Below are positions 37,372-52,310 of a stretch of 64,000 bases of DNA, one piece after another (the first letter of the stretch is position 1; each line of letters starts with the position of its first letter). The position numbers were made by a program, and so were the translations under genes. The notes under the pieces are model-generated. The model ran no database searches. It was not told where the DNA came from and worked only from the letters and a program-made list of their open reading frames with translations. Source of the DNA: Eledone cirrhosa (Eukaryota); the NCBI GenBank assembly GCA_964016885.1, contig OZ024742.1, forward strand, positions 290,346,001 through 290,410,000, in the 5' to 3' direction.

Positions 37372-38918
37372 AAGTACCTAGCTAAAAGTAAGCCACTCTA
37401 CCTGGCGTTCGTCGATCTGGAAAAAGCCTACGACAGAGTCCCCCGTGCTATAATCTGGTGGGCTCTTAGAAAATTAGGAGTAGATGAATGGCTTGTGAAA
37501 GCTGTACAAGCCATGTATAGGGGAGCAGTCAACAAAGTTAGAGTTAGCAATGAGTATAGCGAAGAATTTAGCGTACAGGTCAGTGTCCACCAGGGCTCAG
37601 TTCTTAGCCCTCTCCTGTTTATTATAGTTTTGCAGGCAATAACGGAGGAGTTTAAGATTGGATTCCCATGGGAACTCCTGTATGTGGATGATCTCGCACT
37701 TATAGCTGAATCCATGGTGGAACTAGAGAAGAAATTCCAAACATGGAAGCAGGGACGAGAAGGAAAAGGTCTCAAAGTCAACCTGACAAAGACTAAGGTT
37801 CTTGTAAGTAGCTGAAAAAACAGAACCCAGATTCCCTCAGGGAAATGGCTTTGCTCAGTATGTAGGAAAGGTGTAGGTAGGAACTCCATCCTCTGCCCCA
37901 AATGCAAACAATGGGTACACAAGATATGTAGTGGATCTCAGGAAGTTTAACTAAGAATGTAGGCTTCATATGTAGCAGCTGTGCTGGGAGAGCAAGCAGC
38001 AAACAGCCACAGGAAACAAGCACCACCAAACTCTGGGAGGGCTCTGTAGAAACAGTAGATAGCTTCTGCTACCTAGGTGACCGAATTAGCAGCGGAGGTG
38101 GGTGTTCAGAAAGTACAATAACTAGGGTAAGAACGGGATGGAAGAAGTTCATGGAGCTTCTGCCACCTCTAGCTGCAAAAGGAGAAAGGCAGACTGTATG
38201 ATGCGTGTATACAAACAGCAATGTTACATGGAAGGGAAACCTGGGCGCTGTCTGTAGAAAACTTGCGCAAATTAGAAAGAAACGAAGTTTGCATGCTCCG
38301 ATGGACGGCAAAGCGTAAATGAATTGAGAGAAAGGCTGAATATCAGAAGAATCAAATGCTGTGTGTAGGAGAGGAGGTTACGTTGGTATGGACATGTGAT
38401 GCATATGAAGGATGACAGCTGCATGCATAAAAAAGTGCAGTTGATGGAAACTGCGGAGTGGGGAGACCCAAGAAGACCTGAGATGAGGTGATAAAGCCGA
38501 CCTTACCCAATTGCACCTCTCAAGAACAATGACACACGATGGTGACCTCTGGTGTCATGCAGTAATACAGAAGACCCGACCCCCCACAGGAACAAGTCGA
38601 AGCTGAAGCATATAGACAATATACCCCACACCCTCCCACTGCAAAGTGGTCGTGGAGGTGCCACGGCAAAAAAGCATCCAGCCCACACTGTAAAGTGGAC
38701 GTGTAGGTGCCACGGAAAAAAAGCACCCAGCACTCACTGTAAATGAGGTTGGTGTTAGGAAGGGCATCCAACTGTAGAAATCAAGCCAGAATCAGTTCCT
38801 GTATGAGCAAGACAAGGTCAGCTGACTGGACACTACCCACAATAGGACAACCCGTCTAACCCATGCTCACGTGGAAGAATGGACGTAAAACGGTGATGAT
38901 GATGATGATGATGATGAT
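37372..38918 (+). mobile_element. RTE LINE family B, 5'-truncated and decayed
   Basis: [12 protein letters not shown] and YVDD, several deletions, family-B 3' UTR and (GAT)n tail. Confidence 0.92.
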
Positions 38919-39599
38919 GTATATATGTATAGGTATATATGTATATATATATATATATATGTACACATATCTAGATGTATATATATATACATGTATATGT
39001 ATATATATATGTATATGTATATCTACATGTATATATATATATGTATATATATATATGTATATATATATATGTATATATATATACATATACATATATATAT
39101 GCATATATATGTACATATATATATGTGTACATGTATATTTATGTATATATGTATATATACATAAACAAAAAAAAAAAAAAAATTATGCCAGGTTAAATTA
39201 GGGATCGCCTTCTCTCTCTCTTGGCCTGCTGAAATCGCCTCTCACCCCCTCACTCTCACTATCATATACGCTGCTCTCACACTCCCCATCACTCCTTGCC
39301 AACCAAATATAAATAAGCCTTGCTACAGGCTAATAAACCCAGAATTTGTCTCCTATTATTGATGGTCGCTTGTTCAGTTTTCTTCTACGAAATGTAACGT
39401 ACATATTTCTTCTCAACTCTCCACATTCGGTTCATTCATCTATATATCTTACAATCCCCCAGAATCAAAAAAAATCGTATTCAAAATTGGCTTTCTATAA
39501 TTCTGTTCTGTCTCAATGTTGTTCTAAAAATAATTCTGCTCCTCGCAAACTACCCCATACCCCTCCCACCCGCACCCACTCTCCACCTTATTATTTGGA

Positions 39600-42500
39600 C
39601 CAATCACAAGTAAACGACCTATGCTAGCACTTCTGGTTGCTTTTTCGATATGATGGATGAACTAGGGAATTTCTGGAGAGTCAGAAGAATCTGGACACCC
39701 GAAGACAATGCAAAAGATAACGACAAATTCACCTCATGCTGCCGGACGAAAGGGCAAAGCCCCACCCTCTTTGTTGTGGCCGCGGATGGCCAACATAACC
39801 CCAACCCCATCAACCACACCCCTCCCTGCACCCCACCCACCAAACGCAATCCAAAACTTCAGAGTTGGTACCATGAATGTAGGGACCTTAAAAGGCCGCT
39901 CAAACGAGGTTGTAGAAATGCTTGAACGTAAGGAGGTTGATGTCTGCTGCATCCAAGAGACCAGGTGGAGGGGCGGGTCTGCTAGATTCATTGTGGGTAA
40001 AAAACGATGCTATAAGCTTTTCTGGGTGGGAAATGACAATGGGCTGGGTGGAGTAGGAATCATGTTAGCAGAAAAATGGGTGGATAAGATAATAGACGTA
40101 AATAGAGTAAACAACAGAATAATTAAAATAAGACTTGTCCTCAATAGAACTACTGTGACGATAATATCTGCGTACGCGCCCCAATCCGGACTGCCTGGCG
40201 CTGTAAAAGACACTTTCTATGAGACACTGATGCTCACTACCTCCCAAATAACCGACAGTGACTATATAATTATTGCTGGCGACCTAAATGGTCACGTTGG
40301 ACAACATTGTGACGGCTATGATGAAATCCATGGAGGCTATGGGTTTGGTACGAGAAATGAGGAAGGCTCCAGAATCCTGGAATTCTGTGACGCAAATAAC
40401 CTAACAATCTGTAACACTAACTTCAAAAAACGAGACAATCACTTGATCACCTACAGATCAGGGGAACATACCAGCCAGGTAGATTATATCCGTGACAGAG
40501 TGACTTGTAAACACTAAATCCCTCCCCCATGAAGAATACACCTCCCAACATAGACTGATAATTAGCGACCTCATAGTCAGGACGAGACGTACTCGACAGC
40601 AGAAGAGGACTATCCTCAAGAGAAAAAATATGGAAGCTAAAGGACCCCACAGCCAGAAATAAATTTCAAAGCATATTACTTGATGCTTTCGACAGTAAGG
40701 AAGAGCATTTAGAGTCGGACAATATAGAGGGACAGTGGGAATTCCTGAGAGCAAACCTGCTGATGGCGGCAGACGAAGTCTGTGGCCGGAGCAGGCCTAT
40801 AGGCAGGAGGAGAGTAACATGGCGGTGGAACAGTAAGGTGGAGGAGGCGATTAAGGCCAAAAAGCAGGCTTGGAAAATATGGCGGGATGGGGGAAGTAGA
40901 GAAGACTATCAAGTGGCCAGGAGGGAAGCTAGGAGACAAGTGTACTTCGCAAGAAGGGAAGCAGAGGAAAGAAAGTTCAAGCATGTTCTACAACGCGAGG
41001 ACCAAAAACGTGAGGTGTTCAGGATTGCTAGGCAATGTGTCAAGGAAAACTGATATTGTTGGGGAGAAGTGTGTACTAAATGATGATGGCGTACTCGCCA
41101 TCACCGACGCTGATAAGAAGGTCGCTTGGAAGTGTCACTACGAGAGGCTACTAAATGAGGAGAATAAATGGGAGAAGGATAGTCTCCCCCAGATCGATCC
41201 AATAGAGGGACCAGCAGTGTTAGTTGAAGGTAGTATAATAAGTAAGGCAATCAAAGATATGAAGACGGGTAAGGCGGCTGGGCCTTCGGAAATAGTTGCT
41301 GAGATGCTGAAGGCCTCTGGAACGGTGGGACACACCATGGTCACCCGGATAGTAAACCAAGTCATACAGAATGGGGTTGTTCCGAAGGACTGGCGTAGCA
41401 GCATCATCATTAACTGTTACAAGGGTAAAGGAGACGCCCTAGATAGGAGTAACTATAGAGGGATTAAATTAATCGACCAGGTCATGAAGGTCACGGAAAA
41501 AGTAATAGTGCAACTAATCAGAGAGAGAATCGATCTAGATGAAATGCAGTTCGGGTTTGTGTCAGGCAAAAGTACCACAGACGCTCTTTTCATTGTACGA
41601 CAACTACAGGAGAAGTACCTAGCTAAAAGTAAACCCCTATACTTAGCCATTGTCGACTTGGAGAAAGCCTTCGACAGAGTCGCCCGTTCCATTATCTGGT
41701 GGGCTCTTAGAAAACTAGGTGTTGACGAATGGCTTGTGAGAGCTATACAAGCCATGTATAAAGAAACAGTCAGCAAGGTTAGAATTAACAACGAATATAG
41801 TGAAGAGTTTAGCGTAAAAGTTGGTGTCCATCAGGGCTCTGTTCTTAGCCCCCTACTATTCATTATTGCTCTTCAGGCTATAACAGAGGAGTTCAAGATC
41901 GGCTGCCCATGGGAACTCCTATACGCAGATGACCTAACGCTCATAGCTGAATCAATGGCTGAGCTAGAGAAGAAATTCCAAACATGGAAGCACGGCCTAG
42001 AATCAAAAGGCCTTAAAATTAACATGGCTAAGACTAAAGTTCTAGTTTGTAGGAAAGAAAATAAGGCGCCGGTCCCTTCCGGGAAATGGCTATGCACAGT
42101 GTGTAGGAAAGGCGCAGGTAGAAACTCCATTTTATGTCCCAAATGCAAAGTATGGGTGCATAAAAGATATAGTGGGATCACAGGTAAGCTAACTAAGAAC
42201 ACAGATTTTACATGTGGCCGGTGCTCTGGTGCAATAAGTAGCAGCAAGTGCCCACAAAATACTAGCTCTTTCAACTGCGCAGAGGGTTCTATAGAAATAG
42301 TGGACAGCTTCCGTTACCTGGGTGACAAAATCAGCAGGGGGGGAGGGTGCTCCGAAAGTACAGTAGCTAGAGTCAGAACTGGATGGAAAAAGTTCAGAGA
42401 GCTTATACCACTATTAGCCGCTAAAGGGTTCTCCCTAAAAATGAAAGGCAGGTTGTATGATGCCTGCATACGAACAGCAATGTTGCACGGCAGTGAGACC

Positions 42501-43269
42501 TGGGCATTGTGTGCAGAGGATATACGCAGACTAGAGAGGAACGAAGCTTGCATGCTCCGCTGGATGTGTAATAGTAATATACGCGAACGGCAAAGCATAA
42601 ACGAACTAAGGATAAAATTAGAAATAAGAGGGATCAGATGTTGTTTACTCGAGAGAAGGCTACGTTGGTATGGTCACGTGATGCGCATGAAAGACGACAG
42701 CTGTATAGCAAAGTGCAGGGCAATAAAGATAGACGGTAGCCACGGAGTAGGTAGACCCAGAAAAACCTGGGACGAGCTGATAAATTCCGACCTCACACAC
42801 TTACACCTCTCCAAGACAATGTCACTGGACCGAGAGCTTTGGCGGTACTCAGTAATAGAGAAGACCCGCCTTACCTAAATACAAAGTAAAACCTACCACA
42901 GTCAGTAGGCATCTCTAACAAAATACACCCCCGTCCCACCACCCCCACCCCATCCACACCGCCCCTTTCAATGTAAAGTTATGTTGGTGCCACAAAATCC
43001 AGGCCAAAACAAATGAGATCGTGTAGGTGTCACGACAAAAAAACACACAGTCCACGCTGTAATGTGACCGTGTAGGCAACACGGTAAAAACCTCCCAGCC
43101 CCACACTGTAAATGTGGTTGGTGTTAGGAAGGGCATCCAGCTGTAGAAAACCCGCCAGACAGTCCTATGCGAGCAAGACAACCACTCTTGCCTCAAGTGG
43201 GAAAACTCCCGTCCAAACCCATGCAAGTATGGAACACGAACGTTAAACGATGATGATGATGATGATGAT
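39600..43269 (+). mobile_element. Near-full-length RTE LINE family A (APE endonuclease + RT + PHD-like finger), frameshifted
   Basis: APE motifs GTMNVGTL, CIQETRW, SAYAPQ, GDLNGHVG and VDYI (39708-40517). RT QFGF, DLEKAFD, QGSVLSP and YADD (to 42878). Frameshifts near 40500 and 41050. (GAT)n tail. The 5' boundary is approximate. Confidence 0.95.
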
Positions 43270-43396
43270 ATGTATATATATGTATATATATATGTATATA
43301 TATACATATATATATGTATATATATATGTATATATATGTATATATATATGTATATATATACCTATATATATGTATATATATATCTACATATATACC

Positions 43397-43427
<31 letters not shown>

Positions 43428-43593
43428 CTATATATATATATGTATATATATTAAAGAGTTAAACAAGATTCAATGAGTACATCAAAGAATAAGTTTTACA
43501 GTAGATTGGAAGCACTCTACTGAAAATATTTTCCAGAGTTATTATTATTAAAATACAAATATTAATAAAATAGATGTTCTTTTGATCAATTAA

Positions 43594-43646
43594 ATTTTAT
43601 TATACATATTTCAGAGGTACAACAATACGTGCTCATCAGACAAAAT
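43594..43646 (-). ncRNA. Type I hammerhead motif (left arm; weakened helix II)
   Basis: AUUUUGU-CUGAUGA-GCACGUAU(UGUU)GUACCUCU-GAAA-UAUGUA-UA|AUAAAAU. Confidence 0.6.
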
Positions 43647-44543
43647 ATAATGATACATGACATACCCTGAGATTTTAAATGGTTAAAATTTAATCAAGGT
43701 AGTGATGAGAAAACTCAACATTTATACCCTAATAATGAGAAAATGCGAAAGCGTAATAGATTCAATAGAGACGGTATGAGTAAGAAAAACGTTGCTTTAA
43801 TGTAACAGTTATAGAGATTTTAAAATGTGGGATACTACGAATTAGGATTATAGAGGAAGATGTCTCTGGAATTATAATTTTATAACAGTTTATGGAGGCA
43901 ACCAATAGATAATTAAAGAGAGGGAGAGATAAAGGGGAGTAAATTATGCAAAAAAAAATTTTTTTTTCCCCCATATGGACTTAGCGGTTAAGTTTCAAAA
44001 TATTTAATTTATGTTATTTTAGGGTGAAGAATCAAAATTTTAAGTTTTTAAAAGTTGATGGTTATTTATAATAATTTTATAAATTTTATAAATTTTTTAA
44101 ATGTTACATTTCTAAAATTCTAAATTTTATGAAAACAAAATTAAAGGATTTACTAGGCCCGCGAAAGAAAAATATACACTGTTGAATATTCCTTTAAATG
44201 TAATCTTAAACAAAAATTACCTATAACAGTGTCAACATTTTCGGTATGTAAAATTTATGAAGTACTTACTGTTACAAATATCGAAGAATTTATTGTCAAG
44301 TAGATACATTGTCTGAAGTATAATGATTAACGCAGAGTTTTCAGCTATATATATATATGTATATATGTGTGCATTTATCGTAATAAATTAATATTTATTA
44401 TATTATATTAAATTACTATATTAGTTCTACCTTCATGGGAAGAATGAACTCTAAATAATGATTATGTTATTGTACAATATATTTATATTTGCACAAACTA
44501 TATATTGCGTTATACCAAAACAATAATTATGATTAAGTTATTA

Positions 44544-46770
44544 TCTATATATATAAAACTGTGGTTGTCTGTCTGTCTATCGATTTTTGGCACACATCTC
44601 CTCTTAGAATCTCTCACGGAATTGCACCGAAATTGCTATACTTGTACATTGAGCCCTAGCGAAGACATCGGAAAAAGAAAATTTCAAATTGACCCACCCT
44701 ATGTGACGAAATCGAATATAATGTATCGATTTTTGAGCGTAAGTGATCAGTTATTTCCCTTTGTTCTGTTTACATTGAGCGTCTTACGTAAAAAATTACG
44801 CTGGCTTTAACAGTTGTCGAGCCAGCAAAATATTGACCTGCAAAATTCATCAGTTCGAACACTAAGCTTCCGTTTTGCTTCATTTCCATTTAAAAGCATT
44901 TTAAAACAATATTTTTACTTGAAAACAAGTCTATTTAAAGACTACGTAAAACAAGCAAATATTTCGTCGTTAGGCGTGCAGACAGACAGTCGTGCAGACA
45001 GACAGTCGTGCAGAGAGGTGATATACGCGTGCAGACAGACAGTCGTGCAGAGAGGTGATATACGCGTGCAGACAGACAGTCGTGCAGAGAGGTGATATAG
45101 GCGTGCAGACAGATAGTCGTGCAGAGAGGTGATATACGCGTGCAGACAGATAGTCGTGCAGAGAGGTGATATAGGCGTGCAGACAGACAGTCGTGCAGAG
45201 AGGTGATATAGGCGTGCAGACAGACAGTCGTGCAGAGAGGTGATATAGGCGTGCAGACAGACATAACTGATAATTTGGTTACGCTAATGTTTTTCTCTGC
45301 GTTGCAGTGTTTACATCTATATATATAAAACTGTGGTTGTCTGTCTGTCTATCGATTTTTGGCACACATCTCCTCTTAGAATCTCTCACGGAATTGCACC
45401 GAAATTGCTATACTTGTACATTGAGCCCTAGCGAAGACATCGGAAAAAAAAATTTCAAATTGACCCGCCCTATGTGACGAAATCGAATATAATGTATCGA
45501 TTTTTGAGCGTAAGTGATCAGTTATTTCCCTTTGTTGTGTTTACATTGAGCGTCTTACGTAAAAAATTACGCTGGCTTTAACAGTTGTCGAGCCAGCAAA
45601 ATATTGACCTGCAAAATTCATCAGTTCGAACACTAAGCTTCCGTTTTGCTTCATTTCCATTTAAAAGCATTTTAAAACAATATTTTTACTTGAAAACAAG
45701 TCTATTTAAAGACTACGTAAAACAAGCAAATATTTCGTCGTTAGGCGTGCAGATAGACAGTCGTGCAGACAGACAGTCGTGCAGAGAGGTGATATACGCG
45801 TGCAGACAGACAGACAGTCGTGCAGAGAGGTGATATAGGCGTGCAGACAGACAGTCGTGCAGAGAGGTGATATAGGCGTGCAGACAGACAGTCGTGCAGA
45901 GAGGTGATATAGGCGTGCAGACAGACATAACTGATAATTTGGTTACGCTAATGTTTTTCTCTGCGTTGCAGTGTTTACATTTTCGATCTTTGTTAATAAA
46001 TAACCAGTGCAGTTTCTATCCCCAGCATCCTCTTTTGTTATAGCATTCGGGTTATCGTTATGTTTTCTTAACTTCATAAGGCATATTGTTGGTTGAGGGA
46101 ATATTAATCAAAAACACCACATGCAAGTCTGCACAGTAGACACTACAGTTTTTAAGCCAAGAAAGAAACTTAACATTGTAACTTTAACACAGCTTCATCA
46201 GTTCGAACACTAAGCTTCCGTTTTGCTTCATTTCCATTTAAAAGCCTTTTAAATCAATATTTTTACTTGAAAACAAGTCTATTTAAAGACTACGTAAAAC
46301 AAGCAAATATTTCGTAAAAAAAAAGCAAACATTATATAAGTTTATTTAAAATATATGTATCTGTAAATTTCGTTAGGCGTGCAGACAGATAGTCGTGCAG
46401 AGAGGTGATATACGCGTGCAGACAGACAGTCGTGCAGAGAGGTGATATAGGCGTGCAGACAGACATAACTGATAATTTGGTTACGCTAATGTTTTTCTCT
46501 GCGTTGCAGTGTTTACATTTTCGATCTTTGTTAATAAATAACCAGTGCAGTTTTTATCCCCAGCATCCTCTTTTGTTATAACATTCGGGTTATCGTTATG
46601 TTTTCTTAACTTCATAAGGCATATTGTTGGTTGAGGGAATATTAATCAAAAACACCACATGCAAGTCTGCACAGTAGACACTACAGTTTTTAAGCCAAAA
46701 AAGAAACTTAACATTGTAACTTTAACACAGCTACTGAGCGACCCCGAGCAACGCCGGGCTTTACTGCTAG
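44544..46770 (+). mobile_element. Non-autonomous Helitron with duplicated 5' part and a 37-bp internal minisatellite
   Basis: A|TCTATATATATAAAACTGTGG starts at 44544 and 45316. 3' hairpin CCCGAGCAACGCCGGG plus CTAG|T at 46770. GTGCAGACAGACAGTCGTGCAGAGAGGTGATATAsGC arrays at about 44976-45262, 45747-45926 and 46379-46464. Confidence 0.92.
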
Positions 46771-47749
46771 TACATTATAAATATAGATGCCAAAAAAACC
46801 AAATGCAGAGATATACGTAACTAATAATATGATTATGTTATTATACAATATACACATATTTGCAAAAAATTAGGTATAGAGAGATATACTAAGTATTAAT
46901 GAGACAGTATATATGATAACGATTATAATGTTAGATAATAGATTCAAACATGCAAAAGTTAAATACATACATATATATAAAAGAGTGTAAATGCATGAAT
47001 GATTCACAGTTCAAAATAAGGTCCGTAAAAATTTACAGGTTGGATATTTGAACTATATTTAAAACATAGATAGAAAAATAAAGATAGAGAAATAATGGTA
47101 TGGATCAAAGTTAATAATATTATGTTATGTATAGACACTGTTATAGGTAATTTTTGTTAAAGGAAATATTCAACAGTAAAATTTTTGTTTAAGGGAATAT
47201 TCAACAGTGTATATTTTTCTTTTGCGGGCCTAGTAAATCCTTTAATTTTGTTTCCATAAAATTTAGAATTTTAGAAATGTAACACATTTAAAAAATTTAT
47301 AAAATTTATAAAATTAATATAAATAACCATCAACTTTTAAAAACTTAAAATTTTGATTCTTCACCCTAAAATAACATAAATTAAATATTTTGAAACTTAA
47401 CCGCTAAGTCCATATGGGGGAAAAAAAAATTTTTTTTTGCATAATTTACTCCCCTTTATCTCTCCCTCTCTTTAATTATCTATTGGTTGCCTCCATAAAC
47501 TGTTATAAAATTATAATTCCAGAGACATCTTCCTCTATAATCCTAATTCGTAGTATCCCACATTTTAAAATCTCTATAACTGTTACATTAAAGCAACGTT
47601 TTTCTTACTCATACCTTCTCTATTGAATCCATTACGTTTTCGCATTTTCTCATTATTAGGGTATAAATGTTGAGTTTTCTCATAGGTTAATCACTACCTT
47701 GATTAAATCTTAACCATTTAACATCTCAGGGTATGTCATGTATCATTAT

Positions 47750-47802
47750 ATTTTGTCTGATGAGGACGTACTGTTGTACCTCTGAAATATGTATAATAAA
47801 AT
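47750..47802 (+). ncRNA. Type I hammerhead ribozyme (right arm)
   Basis: AUUUUGU-CUGAUGA-GGACGUAC(UGUU)GUACCUCU-GAAA-UAUGUA-UA|AUAAAAU: 7-bp helix I, near-palindromic helix III, AUA triplet. Confidence 0.75.
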
Positions 47803-47885
47803 TTAATTGATCAAAAGAACATCTATTTTAATATATATGTATATATATATATATATATATCTATATAGATATATATGTATATATG

Positions 47886-47929
<44 letters not shown>

Positions 47930-48653
47930 TATATAGATATAGATATATAATACTGCTCCTTAATTGTAGAGCTAACTCTGTTGAAGGGAATTGACTGCTA
48001 TTTCTAGTTGTCGAATACCTATTCACGCCACTGAAACGAAACCGCTGTGATGTGTAATATCAACACGTGGTAGCGGCCAGTTTAAGATTTTGACTCGAAG
48101 TGTAAACATGGATCGCTTGATATTGTTCTTCCTTGTTGACAATCCAATAATATCCACTTTCCGTGACTTACCATCTGATTAATTGGTGAAATATATTTCT
48201 TTAATGAAATATATACAGGGAAGATTAATCATTAAAAGGTATATATTTTTGAAGTTCTAGTTAACTTTATTTATTTGTTACCTACTAGCCATGCGTGGTT
48301 ACACGCTTGTAAAAATTATCTCCTGTGATTTTTCATGTTTATATTTATTTATATATATGTTGATCAATTCCTGGTTATATATATATATATATATATATGT
48401 ATGTAAAAAAGAAAATTTCGCTCTACATGGCTGAATACAATAAAAGTAATCTGAGTTTTTCGAATATTAATAATAATATTCGATTCGTTTACAATTATGC
48501 AAACAAGCCTAATTTTAGTCCAGAATTAGCCATCGAAACGGCTTGAGCTCAGCCGTCGGGGTCCTACTCGTTCCTATTACCCACTCTACTACCCTAAGTA
48601 TTGAGTACTTTGGTGCGTTATGGTCCACCTGGTTCCTTACCACATTTCCTTTG

Positions 48654-48690
<37 letters not shown>

Positions 48691-48693
<3 letters not shown>

Positions 48694-50468
48694 TCATCAT
48701 CATCACCATCATCATTGTTTAACGTCCATGTTCCACGCTTGCATGGGTTTGGACGGGGGTTTTCCCACTTGAGGCAAGAGTGGTTGTCTTGCTCGCATAG
48801 GACTGTCTGGCGGGTTTTCTACAGCTGGATGCCCTTCCTAACACCAACCACATTTACAGTGTGGGGCTGGGAGGTTTTTACCGTGTTGCTTACATGGCCA
48901 CATTACAGCGTGGACTGTCTGGCATGTTTTCTACAGCTGGATGCCCTTCCTAACACCAACCACATTTACAGTGTGGGACTGGGAGGTTTTTACCGTGTTG
49001 CCTACATGGCCACATTACAGCGTGGACTGTGTGTTTTTTGTCGTGACACCTACACGATCTCATTTGTTTCGGCCTGGATGTTGTGGCACCAACATAACTT
49101 TGTATTGAAAGGGGCGGTGTGGATGGAGTGGGGGTGGTGGGACGGGGGTGTATTTTGTTAGAGATGCCCACTGACTGTAGTAGGTTTTACTTTGTATTTA
49201 GGTAAGGCGGGTATTCTCTGTTACTGAGTACCGCCAAAGGTCTCGGTCCAGTGACATTGTCTTGGAGAGGTGTAAGTGTGTGAGGTCGGAATTTATCAGC
49301 TCGTCCCAGGTTTTTCTGGGTCTGCCTACTCCGTAGCTACCATCTATCTTTATTGCCCTGCACTTTGTTATACAGCTGTCGTCTTTCATGCGCATCACGT
49401 GACCATACCAACGTAGCCTTCTCTCGAGTAAATAACATCTGATCCCTCTTATTTCTAATTTTTTCCTTAGTTCATTTATGCTTTGCCGTTCACGTATATT
49501 ACTATTACACATCCAGCGGAACATGCAAGCTTCGTTCCTCTCTAGTCTGTGTATATCCTCTGCACACAATGCCCAGGTCTCACTGCCATGCAACATTGCT
49601 GTTCGTATGCAGGCATCATACAACCTGCCTTTCATTTTTAGAGAGAACCCTTTAGTGGCTAATAGTGGTATAAGCTCTCTGAACTTTTTCCATCCAGTTC
49701 TGACTCTAGCTGCTGTACTTTCAGAGCACCCTCCCCCACTGCTGATTTTGTCACCCAGGTAACGGAAGCTGTCCACTATTTCTATAGAACCCTCTGCGCA
49801 ATTGAAAGAGCTAGTATTTTGTGGACACTTGCTGCTACTTATTGCACAAGAGCACCGGCCACATGTAAAATCTGTGTTCTTAGTTAGCTTACCTGTGATC
49901 CCACTACATCTTTTATGCACCCATACTTTGCATTTGGGACATAAAATGGAGTTTCTACCTACGCCTTTTCTACACACTGAGCATGGCCATTTCCCGGAAG
50001 GGACCGGCGCCTTATTTTCTTTCCTACAAACAAGAACTTTAGTCTTAGCCAGGTTAATTTTAAGGCCTTTTGATTCTAGGCCGTGCTTCCATGTTTGGAA
50101 TTTCTTCTCTAACTCGGCCATTGATTCAGCTATGAGCATTAGATCATCTGCGTATAGGAGTTCCCATGGGCAGCAGGTCTTGAGCTGCTCTGTTATAGCC
50201 TGAAGGGCAATAATAAATAGTAGGGGGCTAAGAACAGAGCTCTGATGGACACCAACTTTTACGCTAAACTCTTCACTATATTCGTTGTTAATTCTAACCT
50301 TGCTGACTGTTTCTTTATACATGGCTTGTATAGCTCTCACAAGCCATTCGTCAACACCTAGTTTTCTAAGAGCCCACCAGATAATGGAACGGGGGACTCT
50401 GTCGAAGGCTTTCTCCAAGTCGACAAAAGCTAAGTATAGGGGTTTACTTTTAGCTAGGTACTTCTCCT

Positions 50469-50469
<1 letters not shown>
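48691..50469 (-). mobile_element. RTE LINE family A, 5'-truncated (left arm of a palindrome), with a tandemly duplicated 3' UTR segment
   Basis: ORF 49198-50496(-) matches the C-terminal part of 40887-42878. (GAT)n tail at 48691. Confidence 0.95.

Positions 50470-52310
<1,841 letters not shown>

Larger units (their letters stand above)
43566..47830. repeat. Long inverted repeat: arms 43566-44233 and 47134-47830 (about 670-700 bp), PLE-derived or retrozyme-like
   Basis: Mirror ORFs 43762-43974(-) and 47414-47626(+) are nearly identical. Each arm carries a hammerhead motif near its outer end. Confidence 0.92.

Noticed and set aside
48020-48200. Promoter or first exon (GAAACGAAAC, CACGTG, AAACATGG; minus-strand ATG|GTAAGT)
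   Set aside because: The ORF is only about 24 codons and no partner exon was found; single motifs are expected by chance.
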